A DNA stretch of 55,907 nucleotides from an uncultured Dehalococcoidia bacterium (GCA_964475375.1 CAYYWI010000006.1:1-55907), one strand, 5' to 3'; counted from the stretch's first letter, positions 10,683 to 20,040 are shown. Numbers and translations are program-made. Notes: generated from the sequence alone by a model not told the origin.

Positions 10683-10939
10683 CAGCCTGACACCGACCCC
10701 AGTCCCTCACAAGATGTGAGACTTCCGGAGCCCTTTGAGACCTGGATGTGAGGCTGGCACTTTATAATTACCCCGCAGCAGAATAGTGATTGGGAAGAGG
10801 GGGGCAAGCCCATCACTCAGCTCCAACCGGCAGAATTACGCGTTTGAGTTCCCTTTGTGCCCGGTTGAAACCTGGGTGCGACCTGACGGGGATTGGGGAT
10901 CAGTAGAAGAGCCAATCAGGCTTGGGGAGGAGGTCACAA

Positions 10940-11101
10940 ATGCCAGAGATAAGGGAGACGGCAAAGAGAGCCTGGGCAGAGATCAAGGAATCTTGCGGGA
11001 TGGTTGTGGAGATTGAAAGGGAAGGTCTGAGGGCAAGCCAGTTCGAAGCTGAGAGAAACTACCACATGATCAGGGGGAGACTCCGTAGAAGGAAGGACTA
11101 G
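10940..11101 (+). CDS. small hypothetical protein (53 aa)
   Basis: ATG preceded by GGAGGAGG RBS. Charged helical sequence MPEIRETAKRAWAEIKE... It falls below the ORF-track length cut-off. Confidence 0.3.
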   Translation: MPEIRETAKRAWAEIKESCGMVVEIEREGLRASQFEAERNYHMIRGRLRRRKD

Positions 11102-11116
11102 TCAGGAGGTCTGCAG

Positions 11117-11407
11117 ATGAATGACTGCCAGGGAAGGGGACAGGTCACCAGACTGGGCGAACACGTCGCAACAGTCGAGTACTCTGTCCAATCCGGGCCG
11201 GATGCTGTCTACAACTCCATTCACGGGCATGTAGAAATTGTGGAAGGGGATAAGAGACTATCCACCAGCGATCAGCTCACCCTGCATATGGAGGGTGCCC
11301 TGGATATTGATTTCCAGATTGCCGAGGTCAGTAATCAGTCTGAGGGCAAGTACCAAATTAGAGGGATTGGTGTCTTTCGCCGTTCCGTGATGGCACAGGG
11401 CAGTTGA
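11117..11407 (+). CDS. hypothetical protein (96 aa)
   Basis: ATG preceded by AGGAGG, 15 nt after the previous small ORF. No family recognised. Confidence 0.35.
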   Translation: MNDCQGRGQVTRLGEHVATVEYSVQSGPDAVYNSIHGHVEIVEGDKRLSTSDQLTLHMEGALDIDFQIAEVSNQSEGKYQIRGIGVFRRSVMAQGS

Positions 11408-11431
11408 GCCGAGAACCGCAGCAGGAGAATA

Positions 11432-12997
11432 TCAGGACCACTGCCAGACGGGCTGCTTCTTGCCCGGCACTTGAGCATGAGCCAGGTTGCCTTCAGAAAC
11501 CAGCCTTCCGATTTCCTGTTTAGCCAGCTTCTTACTGACACCGAGCTTCTCTGAGACAGCTTGAGCCAACTCCGCTTCAGAGCGGCCTGAGTTGTCGAAT
11601 CGTTCGATGACTCCGCCGTTGAGCAGCTTCCAGACAAACGCCTGGCTGGCAGCCTTGTCCACACGATCCTTAAGGGCTGCGTTTCCACGCCTGGCCTGTT
11701 TCTGGATCTCATCCCAAGCCTCGCTGACCTCGTGCTCGTAGGCGTTCACTATCTCCATCATCTGCCCGGCGCTGAAAGTAGTCGTCTCGGCCACCGGCCG
11801 GTTGGCGTTATACCTGGACCAGTTGTGAGTAAGTATGCGGACTCCTAGTTCATCGGCCCTCTCGCGCACCTCTGTTCCCGGCATGGGAGCCAGAAGGTGG
11901 AAACCGTAGCTGACCTTGTAGGCATCGAAGAGTTCCCTGGCCAGACCCACAGTCTGGCTGGCTGTGGTAGGGTCTTCTCCAGGCAATCCTAATATGAAAG
12001 AGGCCAGCACATTCAGGCCCGATTCCGTAGCCATCTTGACTGCATCTCTGGACTTGGCCACAGTGATCCTCTTTTTGATCGTGTCCAGGATCTTCTGTGA
12101 ACCGGACTCCAGTCCAAAACATACCCACGAGCACCCGGCCCCCTTCATGGTCTCCAGCACCCGAGGGTTGATGGTATCGACACGGGAGTAGACCGACCAG
12201 TTGATCTTCAACTTGCGATCCTGTATTCCCTGGCAGATAGCCTGCACATGCGGCTCTCTCACCGTGAAGGTGTCATCCACAATATTGATCTCATTGAAGC
12301 CGAGCTCCCGATTGATCATCTCAATCTCGTCCAGCACCAGCTTCGGGTTGCGATAGCGAACACCGCGGCCAAACATCTTCGGTGCAGAGCAGAAGATGCA
12401 TCCAAACGGGCAGCCGCGGCTGGTGATAACCGTGCAAGGCACCTTCAATGCTCGATACTTCGATATCGGAAGCAAATCCCGGGCCGGCAGCGGAAGCTTG
12501 TCCAGATCCTTGACGAGCGGCCGGGCCTGGTTGACCACAGCCTTGCCACTCTTTCTGAATGCAATTCCAGATACTTGAGTCAGATCGTGCCCATTGGTCA
12601 AAGCTTCAACCAGTTCCACCACGGTCTGGTCCCCCTCACCCATGACTACAATGTCAATCCAGGGAGCCTTCTCGATGATGTCTCCAGCTACAAAACTGGC
12701 ATGAGGCCCGCCAATGAGCGTGACCACACTTGAATCGAAGTTCTTGCACACCCGCAGAATTCTGGAGGCGGTTTTGAAGTTGACCGTGGAGCAGGTGGCC
12801 CCAACAACATCAGGCTGGAATTCCCTCAACTCCCTCTTCAGCAGGTCGGGAGTATACCGGAGCATGAGCAGGTCAAGGATGCGGACTTCGGCCCCTTCCC
12901 ATCGCAGCATGCCGGCAAGGTATGCCAAGCCCAGTGGTGGTACGGGACACTCCTCGTACGGGTAAGGAGTGTTGATCAGCAGGACGCGTTTTCTCAT
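11432..12997 (-). CDS. B12-binding domain radical SAM protein with C-terminal extension
   Basis: N-terminal cobalamin-binding-type domain (RVLLINTPYP...PPLGLAYLAGML) and radical-SAM CxxxCxxC (GCPFGCIFC). The ~110-aa C-terminal tail is helical and basic. Confidence 0.85.
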   Translation of the reverse strand: MRKRVLLINTPYPYEECPVPPLGLAYLAGMLRWEGAEVRILDLLMLRYTPDLLKRELREFQPDVVGATCSTVNFKTASRILRVCKNFDSSVVTLIGGPHASFVAGDIIEKAPWIDIVVMGEGDQTVVELVEALTNGHDLTQVSGIAFRKSGKAVVNQARPLVKDLDKLPLPARDLLPISKYRALKVPCTVITSRGCPFGCIFCSAPKMFGRGVRYRNPKLVLDEIEMINRELGFNEINIVDDTFTVREPHVQAICQGIQDRKLKINWSVYSRVDTINPRVLETMKGAGCSWVCFGLESGSQKILDTIKKRITVAKSRDAVKMATESGLNVLASFILGLPGEDPTTASQTVGLARELFDAYKVSYGFHLLAPMPGTEVRERADELGVRILTHNWSRYNANRPVAETTTFSAGQMMEIVNAYEHEVSEAWDEIQKQARRGNAALKDRVDKAASQAFVWKLLNGGVIERFDNSGRSEAELAQAVSEKLGVSKKLAKQEIGRLVSEGNLAHAQVPGKKQPVWQWS

Positions 12998-13206
12998 GTA
13001 TCGGAAATACTTTGGGTTTTGTCAAATATTGTGGTGATTTTGAGCCAAATTGTCCCGCCTGTCAAGTTGGACATTCTCCTTGGTATCCCAACCGTCAAGC
13101 GAAGCCCGATCGGCAATCCTCGCATCGAGCATTTGACAACCCGTTCAGGCCATCATTACACTCTTCATCCAGTGGGTCCAAGTGATCTTTGTGAAGGAGG
13201 TATGTA

Positions 13207-13602
13207 GTGTCCAAAGAACCAGATGCAAAACCAAGGTGGAGCCTGGTGGGCCTGCTCGGAGCCGTTGCCTTTTTCGCCGGCATGGTCGTTGCAATTATTT
13301 GCGGGGCGATCCCGGACACGCGGGATAGCGGTACAGTGGTATTGGTGCTCATCATTCTCGGCATCGTCGTGGGTCTGTTCAACATCACCAGCAAGGAGAT
13401 AATACCTTTCCTGGTTGCCGCCATCGCGCTGGTCGTAGTTGGGAGCGTGGGAGGATTCGGTCCCTTGGACAAGCTGATCAAGGGATTGGGAGCGGCCCTC
13501 GATTCCATGGTTGCGTTCATTGCAGTTTTCATGATACCTGCCGCCGTCATCAATGCCGTCCGAGTGGTGTGGGAACTGGCCCGGCCAGGAGAAGCCGGAT
13601 AA
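13207..13602 (+). CDS. small integral membrane protein (3-4 TM)
   Basis: GTG start 7 nt after AGGAGG. Strongly hydrophobic segments follow (LVGLLGAVAFFAGMVVAIICGAI...). Confidence 0.6.
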   Translation: MSKEPDAKPRWSLVGLLGAVAFFAGMVVAIICGAIPDTRDSGTVVLVLIILGIVVGLFNITSKEIIPFLVAAIALVVVGSVGGFGPLDKLIKGLGAALDSMVAFIAVFMIPAAVINAVRVVWELARPGEAG

Positions 13603-13651
13603 TCCACAAACCGGCATCCTATGATCCCCGCAGTACCCTTGCAGCTTAACG

Positions 13652-13690
13652 ACGAACCCCCCGGCAAGCCAGCCCGGGGGCTTCGTTTAT
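13652..13690 (+). terminator. putative rho-independent terminator
   Basis: GC-rich imperfect hairpin cgaaccccccgg...cccgggggcttcg followed by TTTAT, ~50 nt after the membrane-protein stop. Confidence 0.4.
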
Positions 13691-13830
13691 CTGCAAAAGC
13701 CATCATAGCTTGCCAATTTGCCTTCAGAGACTGGGCGTTTATTATGGGTGCAGCAACCTGTAGAATATGTCCATCAGGTTGACTACAATCCGGACACCCC
13801 CGCAGCTCAAGTCGGCAATGGAGGCGCGAA

Positions 13831-14385
13831 ATGCAGGTAATCATCAACAAGACCAAGCTCTCTCTACTTCAGGGAGACATAACAAGGCAGACAACCGATG
13901 CCATAGTCAATGCAGCCAACTCCAGCTTGATGGGCGGCGGTGGTGTCGATGGTGCCATACACCATGCCGGCGGCCCGGCCATCCTGGAGGAATGCAAGAG
14001 GATTGTTGCCAGGCAGGGCAGACTTCCGGCAGGCAAGGCTGTCATCACTACAGGGGGAAACCTGAAGGCCAGGCACGTCATTCACACCGTCGGACCGGTA
14101 TGGCACGGCGGCAGCCGCGGTGAGCCCGAAACTCTGGCCAGCGCCTACAGAGAGAGCCTGAGCCTGGCCGCATCAAGCGGCCTGAAGACCGTCTCCTTCC
14201 CATCCATAAGCACTGGCGCCTACGGGTACCCGATAGACTCCGCCGCGGAGGTGGCACTCAAAACAGTGATCGGTTTCCTTAAGAAAGAGCCGTCGCTCCA
14301 GGAAGTAGTCTTCGTGCTCTTCGACCACAGAACGTGCGAAGTATACGCCGAGACACTGAAGCGCCTGATGCCGGCGAGCACTTAA
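13831..14385 (+). CDS. macro domain protein (O-acetyl-ADP-ribose deacetylase / ADP-ribose binding, YmdB-like)
   Basis: DAIVNAANSSLMGGGGVDGAIHHAGG and SISTGAYGYP motifs. GGAGG RBS. Confidence 0.85.
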   Translation: MQVIINKTKLSLLQGDITRQTTDAIVNAANSSLMGGGGVDGAIHHAGGPAILEECKRIVARQGRLPAGKAVITTGGNLKARHVIHTVGPVWHGGSRGEPETLASAYRESLSLAASSGLKTVSFPSISTGAYGYPIDSAAEVALKTVIGFLKKEPSLQEVVFVLFDHRTCEVYAETLKRLMPAST

Positions 14386-14395
14386 GAATGATAAG

Positions 14396-15277
14396 ATGGA
14401 AACAGCTGAGAGCGAGATCGGATCGCAAACTGGAATCTTCTTTCACTACCAGAATGGGGAAAGGCTCCGGGATTTTCCCGAAGCGCTGGATGGAATCCTG
14501 GATAAGGACAACGTCTTCCTCTTCGACGCACACTATCCTTTGAAACCACCCTCTTCCTTTGAACTCGAACCCATTCCGGAGGAAACCCTTTCCAAAGTCC
14601 ATACGCCCCAGATGATCAGGCAGGTCAAGGCCAGCGGAGACTTCCAGGGAGCGCTGTTTTCTGCAGCGGGCACCGTGGCCGCAGCCATTAGAATATGGAA
14701 AGGCGAAATAGACAATGCCTTCGTTTTCACTGGCTACGGAGATCACCACGCCGGCACCGACTTCTTCGGTGGAGGTTGTTACTTCAATGGCGCTGCCATA
14801 GCCATCCACGAATTGAGGCAGAGGTTCAACATGAAGAGAACTGCCATTATCGACACTGACGCCCATCACGGCAACGGAACATGGCAAATCTTCGAGAATG
14901 ATCCGGGAGTGCTCTACGTTTGCCTCTGTTCAGACGATTTCGCTGAGAAGAAGAACAAGATAAACATAAAGGTGCCCTCCACAACCAACGACGACAACTA
15001 TGTCCAACTGGTCAGGGAGAACTTCATCCCCCGCGTCAGAGCATTCAGGTCAGAGTGCATCTTCTGGAACTGGGGCTACGATGGAACTCAGGGAGAGTAT
15101 GGAGACATGGGACTCACGCCTGATCTGCACATACGGCTGGCCCGGGAACTGAAGCGGGCAGCCGATGAGATGTGCTCGGGAAGACTCATTGTGGTACTGT
15201 GCGGCGGCAGCCGCCGCGACCTGGCCCATCAGCTCATTCCAAAAATAATCGCCGTCCTTTCTGAAGATAAATCATGA
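14396..15277 (+). CDS. histone deacetylase-family (arginase/deacetylase superfamily) amidohydrolase
   Basis: GDHHAG...GGGCYFNGAAIA...IIDTDAHHGNGTWQIF zinc/active-site motifs. Starts 10 nt after the macro-domain gene. Confidence 0.8.
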   Translation: METAESEIGSQTGIFFHYQNGERLRDFPEALDGILDKDNVFLFDAHYPLKPPSSFELEPIPEETLSKVHTPQMIRQVKASGDFQGALFSAAGTVAAAIRIWKGEIDNAFVFTGYGDHHAGTDFFGGGCYFNGAAIAIHELRQRFNMKRTAIIDTDAHHGNGTWQIFENDPGVLYVCLCSDDFAEKKNKINIKVPSTTNDDNYVQLVRENFIPRVRAFRSECIFWNWGYDGTQGEYGDMGLTPDLHIRLARELKRAADEMCSGRLIVVLCGGSRRDLAHQLIPKIIAVLSEDKS

Positions 15278-15289
15278 GGCTCTTTCCAC

Positions 15290-15775
15290 TTGAATCACCA
15301 CCCAGCGTCAAACAACCCTTTCGCTGAATGCCAAAGAGACGTCGCTATGTGCTATAATGAACCGCGGACGTGCACGGAGAGAACGGTGATAATCGAGTAT
15401 ACACACCCAGAGCTTGGCGAAGATATCCAGGGCCGGGCCGGGTACTACACCCCTATGGAGGAACTCACTCTGAAATACAAAGGGAGGGAGGTACTCTATG
15501 TGCTGGGCATGGCGCGTTTGGAGAGGCCATGCTGCGGTGCGGCAACCGGCTGGGGCTACATCCAGGTGCCGGGGTTTCTGGTGCGAAAGCACATACGCGG
15601 ACAGGGAAGCACGTCTGTATCACAGGTTGAGATAATTGAGAATGAAGATGACCGCACCCGGATCAGACAGGCGTTGATGGAGAAACACAAATGCACCCAA
15701 GTGGAGGTCTGGGGCAGTCAATATGCACAGGAGAGCAGCCCCCCGGCAAGTCCCAAGCTTGCGGGGCGATCATAG
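15290..15775 (+). CDS. hypothetical protein
   Basis: The open frame follows the HDAC-like gene. No motif recognised. Start uncertain (TTG 15290 or ATG 15347). The stop abuts the tRNA. Confidence 0.35.
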   Translation: MNHHPASNNPFAECQRDVAMCYNEPRTCTERTVIIEYTHPELGEDIQGRAGYYTPMEELTLKYKGREVLYVLGMARLERPCCGAATGWGYIQVPGFLVRKHIRGQGSTSVSQVEIIENEDDRTRIRQALMEKHKCTQVEVWGSQYAQESSPPASPKLAGRS

Positions 15776-15868
15776 GAGGGATCGCATAGTGGTCTAGTGC
15801 GGGCGCCTGCTAAGCGCTTACGGGGGCTCAAACCTCCGTCGTGGGTTCGAATCCCACTCCCTCCGCCA
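15775..15868 (+). tRNA. tRNA-Ser (anticodon GCU), CCA encoded
   Basis: Hand-folded cloverleaf. Acceptor stem GGAGGGA/TCCCTCC, anticodon stem GGCGC/GCGCT with loop CUGCUAA, long variable arm (cggggg-ctcaaa-cctccg) and T-arm GTGGG-TTCGAAT-CCCAC, followed by G-CCA. Confidence 0.85.
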
Positions 15869-15944
15869 GATCAGCAATCCCATCGAGAAGCCGGAATTCC
15901 ACCTTATAACTACTCCCAGGCAACCGTTTTCAACACTCCATTCC

Positions 15945-17234
15945 ATGACCGGGAAGTCTATGAAGTGCTACCACATATGGACCATCGGCTGTCAGATGAA
16001 CAAGGCCGATTCCGACTTGGTGGCCGAATACCTGGAACGGGCGGGCCTCAGGCAGACGGAGATCGTTGAGGAAGCCGACTTCGTTCTGCTCAATAGCTGC
16101 GTGGTGAGAGAGCACGCCGAACTCAAAGTGGTCAACAAGCTCCAGTCACTTCGAGGCCTGAAGAAGAAGCGTCCCGGCGTTGTCATCGCCCTCACCGGCT
16201 GCATGGTCGATTCCCGAATCGATGACCTGGAGATACGGTTCCCCTGGGTGGATCTGTTCTTCCGTCCGCAGCAGTGGGATGTCCTCTCACAGTGGGCCGA
16301 GAGCCATCAACTGCCCGCTCTGCACCAGAGCGAACTGCTGGTTCCTCGGAATCCATCGCTGAGCGTCTACGTTCCTGTCATGCATGGATGCGACAGCTTC
16401 TGCTCCTACTGCGTTGTACCCTACCGGCGCGGCAGAGCCAGAAGCAGGGACCTGGAGGAAATTCGCTGCCAGGTAGAGAGTCTGGTTCAGCGCGGCACCA
16501 GGGAAGTCATTCTGCTTGGGCAGATTGTCGATGCATACGGAGAGGACCTGCCTTCCAAACCGGACTTGGCCGATCTGCTGGCCAGGTTGAACCGGATCGA
16601 TGGACTCCTCCGTATCCGTTTCCTGACCAGTCACCCCAGCCACATGAGCCGGAAGCTTATACAGGCCGTGGCCGATCTTGACAAGGTCTGCGAGCATTTC
16701 AGCTTGCCCATCCAGGCAGGCGATAACGAAATCCTCAAAGCCATGAGGCGGGGATACACATCGGAGGAGTATACCGATCTGATCGACCACATACGCCGTA
16801 CCATCCCGGACGTCGCCATCAGCACCGATGTGATCGTCGGCTTCCCGGGAGAAACGGACGAGCAGTTCGCCCGGACGATGAACGTGCTGCGCCACACCCG
16901 CTTCGACAAGGTGCACATAGCAGCCTACTCCCCCCGGCCGGACACTATCGCCGCCAGGAAGCTGGAAGATGATGTTCCAGATGAGAAGAAGGAATTCCGG
17001 CGCTCCCAGGCCGAAGCCCTCCAAAACACTATAGCCGCCGGGATCAACGCCACTTTCGTGGGGAAAACGGTGGAAATTCTGGTGGAGGGCGAAAAGAACG
17101 GCAAATGGTACGGGAGAACCAGGGGAGACAAGCTGGTCTTCTTCTCCTGCAAGGGCGACCCGGCAGGGCAGTTGGTGAAGGTTAAGATTGGGAAGGCCAG
17201 CCCATTCGCACTGCAGGGAGTGCCGGAAGGCTAG
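15945..17234 (+). CDS. miaB: tRNA-2-methylthio-N6-dimethylallyladenosine synthase
   Basis: YHIWTIGCQMN N-terminal UPF0004 cysteine motif, radical-SAM GCDSFCSYC and a C-terminal TRAM-like region. ATG 15960 is an alternative start. Confidence 0.9.
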   Translation: MTGKSMKCYHIWTIGCQMNKADSDLVAEYLERAGLRQTEIVEEADFVLLNSCVVREHAELKVVNKLQSLRGLKKKRPGVVIALTGCMVDSRIDDLEIRFPWVDLFFRPQQWDVLSQWAESHQLPALHQSELLVPRNPSLSVYVPVMHGCDSFCSYCVVPYRRGRARSRDLEEIRCQVESLVQRGTREVILLGQIVDAYGEDLPSKPDLADLLARLNRIDGLLRIRFLTSHPSHMSRKLIQAVADLDKVCEHFSLPIQAGDNEILKAMRRGYTSEEYTDLIDHIRRTIPDVAISTDVIVGFPGETDEQFARTMNVLRHTRFDKVHIAAYSPRPDTIAARKLEDDVPDEKKEFRRSQAEALQNTIAAGINATFVGKTVEILVEGEKNGKWYGRTRGDKLVFFSCKGDPAGQLVKVKIGKASPFALQGVPEG

Positions 17235-18031
17235 TTGTCTGCCGGGGGAACCATGTTCCGGTTCAGAATCTCCTTCCAGCAGTCGAACCACTTCGCTTTG
17301 ACATCATCCGGCCATTCGGCATTAAGACTGGGAAACTTTTCCATCAGTGCCATTGTCGTCTGGAGGGTTCGGTGATGCGCCAACCACTCGTCCCTGACCT
17401 CCTTGGGCCAGTTTGGATCGAACACCGGCAACTTGCTGGTCAGATGGCTGGGACCACCAGCTCCACCGGCATTTCTTCTGGATGACCTGCTCCTGGGTAC
17501 CACAGAAACTCTCCGGCTGACTCCTCCCGCCGCGGCTGCGGATGCCTCATGTCTCTGCGGGGCACCCACTCGGGACTTTGTCAGCAGGCTGGGCGACAAC
17601 GTCATGCCTGCGTCTTTGGCCAGCGCCAGGAAGAAAGTCACACACTTGTGGCCCACATTCCCCTCAGCACCAGCCCTCTTGAAACAGTCCTGAAGATGTC
17701 CCATGGTAGTATGCCCCAGGTCCACATCACCTACAACGGGGCCGTACGCCTCCTGGAGCACCTCCCTGATCACTACCTTCCGCGCATCCCCCTCGGCATT
17801 CACCATCTCCATCAGCTTATCTGTGGGTAAGCCATCCCCCTCGATCAAGCCTAAATACCACAGCGTAGCCTTCACCGTAACGCCGGTGCTGTCCGAAAGA
17901 CCCAAATCTCGAAAATAACTACCATCCAGGTGTGTCGGCTTCCGCTGCTTCACATCTTCCATGACCCGCGTCCAGGTGGCATAGGTCACATAAGGCGGTC
18001 GAGGACCCTTTTGTCTAGGCTTCATCACCAT
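17231..18031 (-). CDS. hypothetical protein (266 aa)
   Basis: Long ORF convergent with miaB, overlapping it by 4 nt. Structured N-domain, Ser/Arg/Ala-rich linker and a Trp-rich C-terminal region. No confident family. Confidence 0.5.
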   Translation of the reverse strand: MVMKPRQKGPRPPYVTYATWTRVMEDVKQRKPTHLDGSYFRDLGLSDSTGVTVKATLWYLGLIEGDGLPTDKLMEMVNAEGDARKVVIREVLQEAYGPVVGDVDLGHTTMGHLQDCFKRAGAEGNVGHKCVTFFLALAKDAGMTLSPSLLTKSRVGAPQRHEASAAAAGGVSRRVSVVPRSRSSRRNAGGAGGPSHLTSKLPVFDPNWPKEVRDEWLAHHRTLQTTMALMEKFPSLNAEWPDDVKAKWFDCWKEILNRNMVPPADN

Positions 18032-18229
18032 TTCACCTTCTTTCGCTGCCGTATTTCCAGTTTCGGCATTATAGCATTAGTGAAATGACATGTCAACAGG
18101 CCAAACTGCCTGCATCCAGTTTGCGTAATAACTTGTTTAGCGTAATGACATGTGGTGCAATTATTGATTCCGGTTCCATGCTTATCTCAGGTAGAAATTT
18201 GTATAATTCAATTGTCTTAATTTCATTTA

Positions 18230-18259
18230 CTAAAACCTATTGACAAACATATTTCTATT
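18230..18259 (+). promoter_or_regulatory. sigma70-like promoter upstream of the FtsZ array
   Basis: TTGACA (18230-18235), 18-nt spacer, TAGAAT (18254-18259) in an AT-rich 285-bp divergent intergenic region. A second TATAAT lies at 18192-18197. Confidence 0.4.
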
Positions 18260-18316
18260 GTTCTAGAATCTTCAAGCAATCCCCGCACACGATCAGGCAG
18301 GTCATGTTCCGGGGGA

Positions 18317-19408
18317 ATGAGCTCAAAAGACCTGGAGAATAGAAGGAGGAGAGAAAAAGTGGAGCAAAGAGAGCAGAGAGTACCAGCCCCAATCAAGGTA
18401 ATCGGCGTAGGTGGCGGAGGGTGTAATGCTGTCAAGCGCATGCTCAAGAAACCGACCCCTGGTTGTCAGTACATTGTGTGCAACACAGACATCAAATCCC
18501 TGGACTCGGTTCCCGGTGACATCCTGTCAGTACAGATCGGCGAACACCTGACTCGCGGCTTCGGCGCAGGTGGAGACGCCAGAGTTGGCATGAGAGCTGC
18601 TGAGGAAGGCCGCTTTCTGTTGAAGAGAGCCCTCAAGGATGCGGAGTTGGTCTTCATCACCGCCGGCATGGGTGGCGGAACAGGCACTGGTGCTGCTCCC
18701 GTCGTGGCCAGCATAGCCAAGGAAAGCCGCGCGCTGGTTGTCGGCATTGTCACCACCCCGTTCTCATTTGAAGGAAAGAAGCGCTTTCAGCTGGCATTGG
18801 GCGGCATCCGCAGGCTGAGAGAAGAGGTCGACAACTTGATCATCATTCACAACGACCGCCTCCTTCAATATACTGACTCCCACACCCCGACGCAGCATGC
18901 CTTCGGCGTTGCCGACGAAGCAATTTCGGAAGGCATCATGGCTGTGTCCAATCTGGTCAACGTTCCCGGTGAGATAAACGTTGACCTGGCTGATGTCAAG
19001 ACCGTCATGGGCATCCCCGGTGGTGCACTGATGGCCATCGGCAAGGCAGACGCCAAGTCCCGCTACCCTGCCCAGGAAGCAGCAGAAATGGCCATCGCCA
19101 ATCCGCTGCTTGATATCGACGTAAAGGGCGCCAAGGGTGTTCTGTTCAACTTCAGCGGCGGCCCCGATCTGACCCTCGGCGAGGTCAACGACGCAGCCAA
19201 TCTCATCGCCAGGGAAGTGGACCCCACCGCCATCATGTTCTTCGGGATGTCTACGCCCAGCGAAGAAATGCGGAACGAAGTGAAGCTCACCCTTCTGGCC
19301 ACCGGCATAAATCCGCCGCTGCCGAGCAACTGGCTGTCAGAGCTCAAAGAGGACGTAAAGAGCTTCTTCGACAGCGGACGCAAGTCAGCGTCATCCCAGT
19401 GGAGGTAG
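18317..19408 (+). CDS. ftsZ: FtsZ-family tubulin-like GTPase, paralogue 1
   Basis: KVIGVGGGGCNAV, GMGGGTGTGAAPVVA, TTPFSFEG and the T7-loop NVDLADV are all intact. GTG 18359 (AGGAGG 9 nt upstream) is an alternative start. Confidence 0.9.
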   Translation: MSSKDLENRRRREKVEQREQRVPAPIKVIGVGGGGCNAVKRMLKKPTPGCQYIVCNTDIKSLDSVPGDILSVQIGEHLTRGFGAGGDARVGMRAAEEGRFLLKRALKDAELVFITAGMGGGTGTGAAPVVASIAKESRALVVGIVTTPFSFEGKKRFQLALGGIRRLREEVDNLIIIHNDRLLQYTDSHTPTQHAFGVADEAISEGIMAVSNLVNVPGEINVDLADVKTVMGIPGGALMAIGKADAKSRYPAQEAAEMAIANPLLDIDVKGAKGVLFNFSGGPDLTLGEVNDAANLIAREVDPTAIMFFGMSTPSEEMRNEVKLTLLATGINPPLPSNWLSELKEDVKSFFDSGRKSASSQWR

Positions 19409-19459
19409 AACAACAAAACACATAGTAGCCAGTGATCTGGCGAAAGGGGAGTGAGAAAG

Positions 19460-19657
19460 ATGTCAGTGTTGTTAGCCGGGCTGAATGTAGTGGCAGCATC
19501 TATACTGTTTTTCTCCATGTCCGGTATAACGAACTGGGTCATTTATGCATCGCCGCAAGCCAAGATATTCCCCTTCGTCCTTGGGCTGCTGCTCCTGTTC
19601 AATGCAGTATACCTTGGTACGAGCAGGGGAGAGGTCGGAGCACGTCACGGCGGGTGA
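19460..19657 (+). CDS. small two-TM hairpin membrane protein (family copy 1a)
   Basis: GGGGAG RBS. Sequence MSVLLAGLNVVAASILFFSMSGITNWVIYASPQAKIFPFVLGLLLLFNAVYLG... is very similar to the ORF at 22692. Confidence 0.6.
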   Translation: MSVLLAGLNVVAASILFFSMSGITNWVIYASPQAKIFPFVLGLLLLFNAVYLGTSRGEVGARHGG

Positions 19658-19711
19658 CATACGGCCTGATGCCTGCAGATGCATCAGGTACTACATGAAG
19701 GAGGCCTTCAT

Positions 19712-19906
19712 ATGGCGCGTTTGTTGAGTTTAGCCAACCTGACAGTCGGCGCGCTGCTCATGTTTGCGCTGTCAGACATAGCAAGTTGGACGTGGTTTGA
19801 GAATCAGCCGTCCAAGATCATAGTCTTCATCCTCAGCATGTTGCTGCTCGGAAATGGAATCAGCCTGGCCTTCAAAGAAGAGGGGACGGCGCTGCGCCGA
19901 GGGTAG
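19712..19906 (+). CDS. small two-TM hairpin membrane protein (family copy 1b)
   Basis: GAAGGAGG RBS before ATG 19712. MARLLSLANLTVGALLMFALSDIASWTWFENQPSKIIVFILSMLLLGNGISL has the same architecture as the other copies. Confidence 0.55.
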   Translation: MARLLSLANLTVGALLMFALSDIASWTWFENQPSKIIVFILSMLLLGNGISLAFKEEGTALRRG

Positions 19907-19966
19907 GCCGCTCTGGCTTCCCCAGGAAGGCGTGATTAGCAGCACCAAGTGGAGACAACTTATCGG

Positions 19967-19992
19967 GGGGAAGGAGCACGAGCTCCTTCCCC
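19967..19992 (+). promoter_or_regulatory. intercistronic GC-rich stem-loop (no U-tract)
   Basis: Perfect 11-bp stem ggggaaggagc / gctccttcccc with a 4-nt loop, between cassette 1 and FtsZ paralogue 2. Confidence 0.5.
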
Positions 19993-20040
19993 TCTAAGGA
20001 CCAACCAACACAATAGATAAATGAAAGGAGGGCGAGGGGA

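Noticed and set aside
10786-11016. 76-aa ORF upstream of the small ORF pair
   Set aside because: It has no RBS and overlaps the RBS-supported 53-aa ORF in another frame.
13095-13856. 253-aa minus-strand ORF
   Set aside because: It overlaps the RBS-supported plus-strand membrane protein and the terminator region. The sequence is Ala/Thr/Pro/Met-rich and looks like an antisense artefact.
16287-17291. 334-aa minus-strand ORF
   Set aside because: It is antisense to miaB, whose frame has the radical-SAM and UPF0004 motifs.
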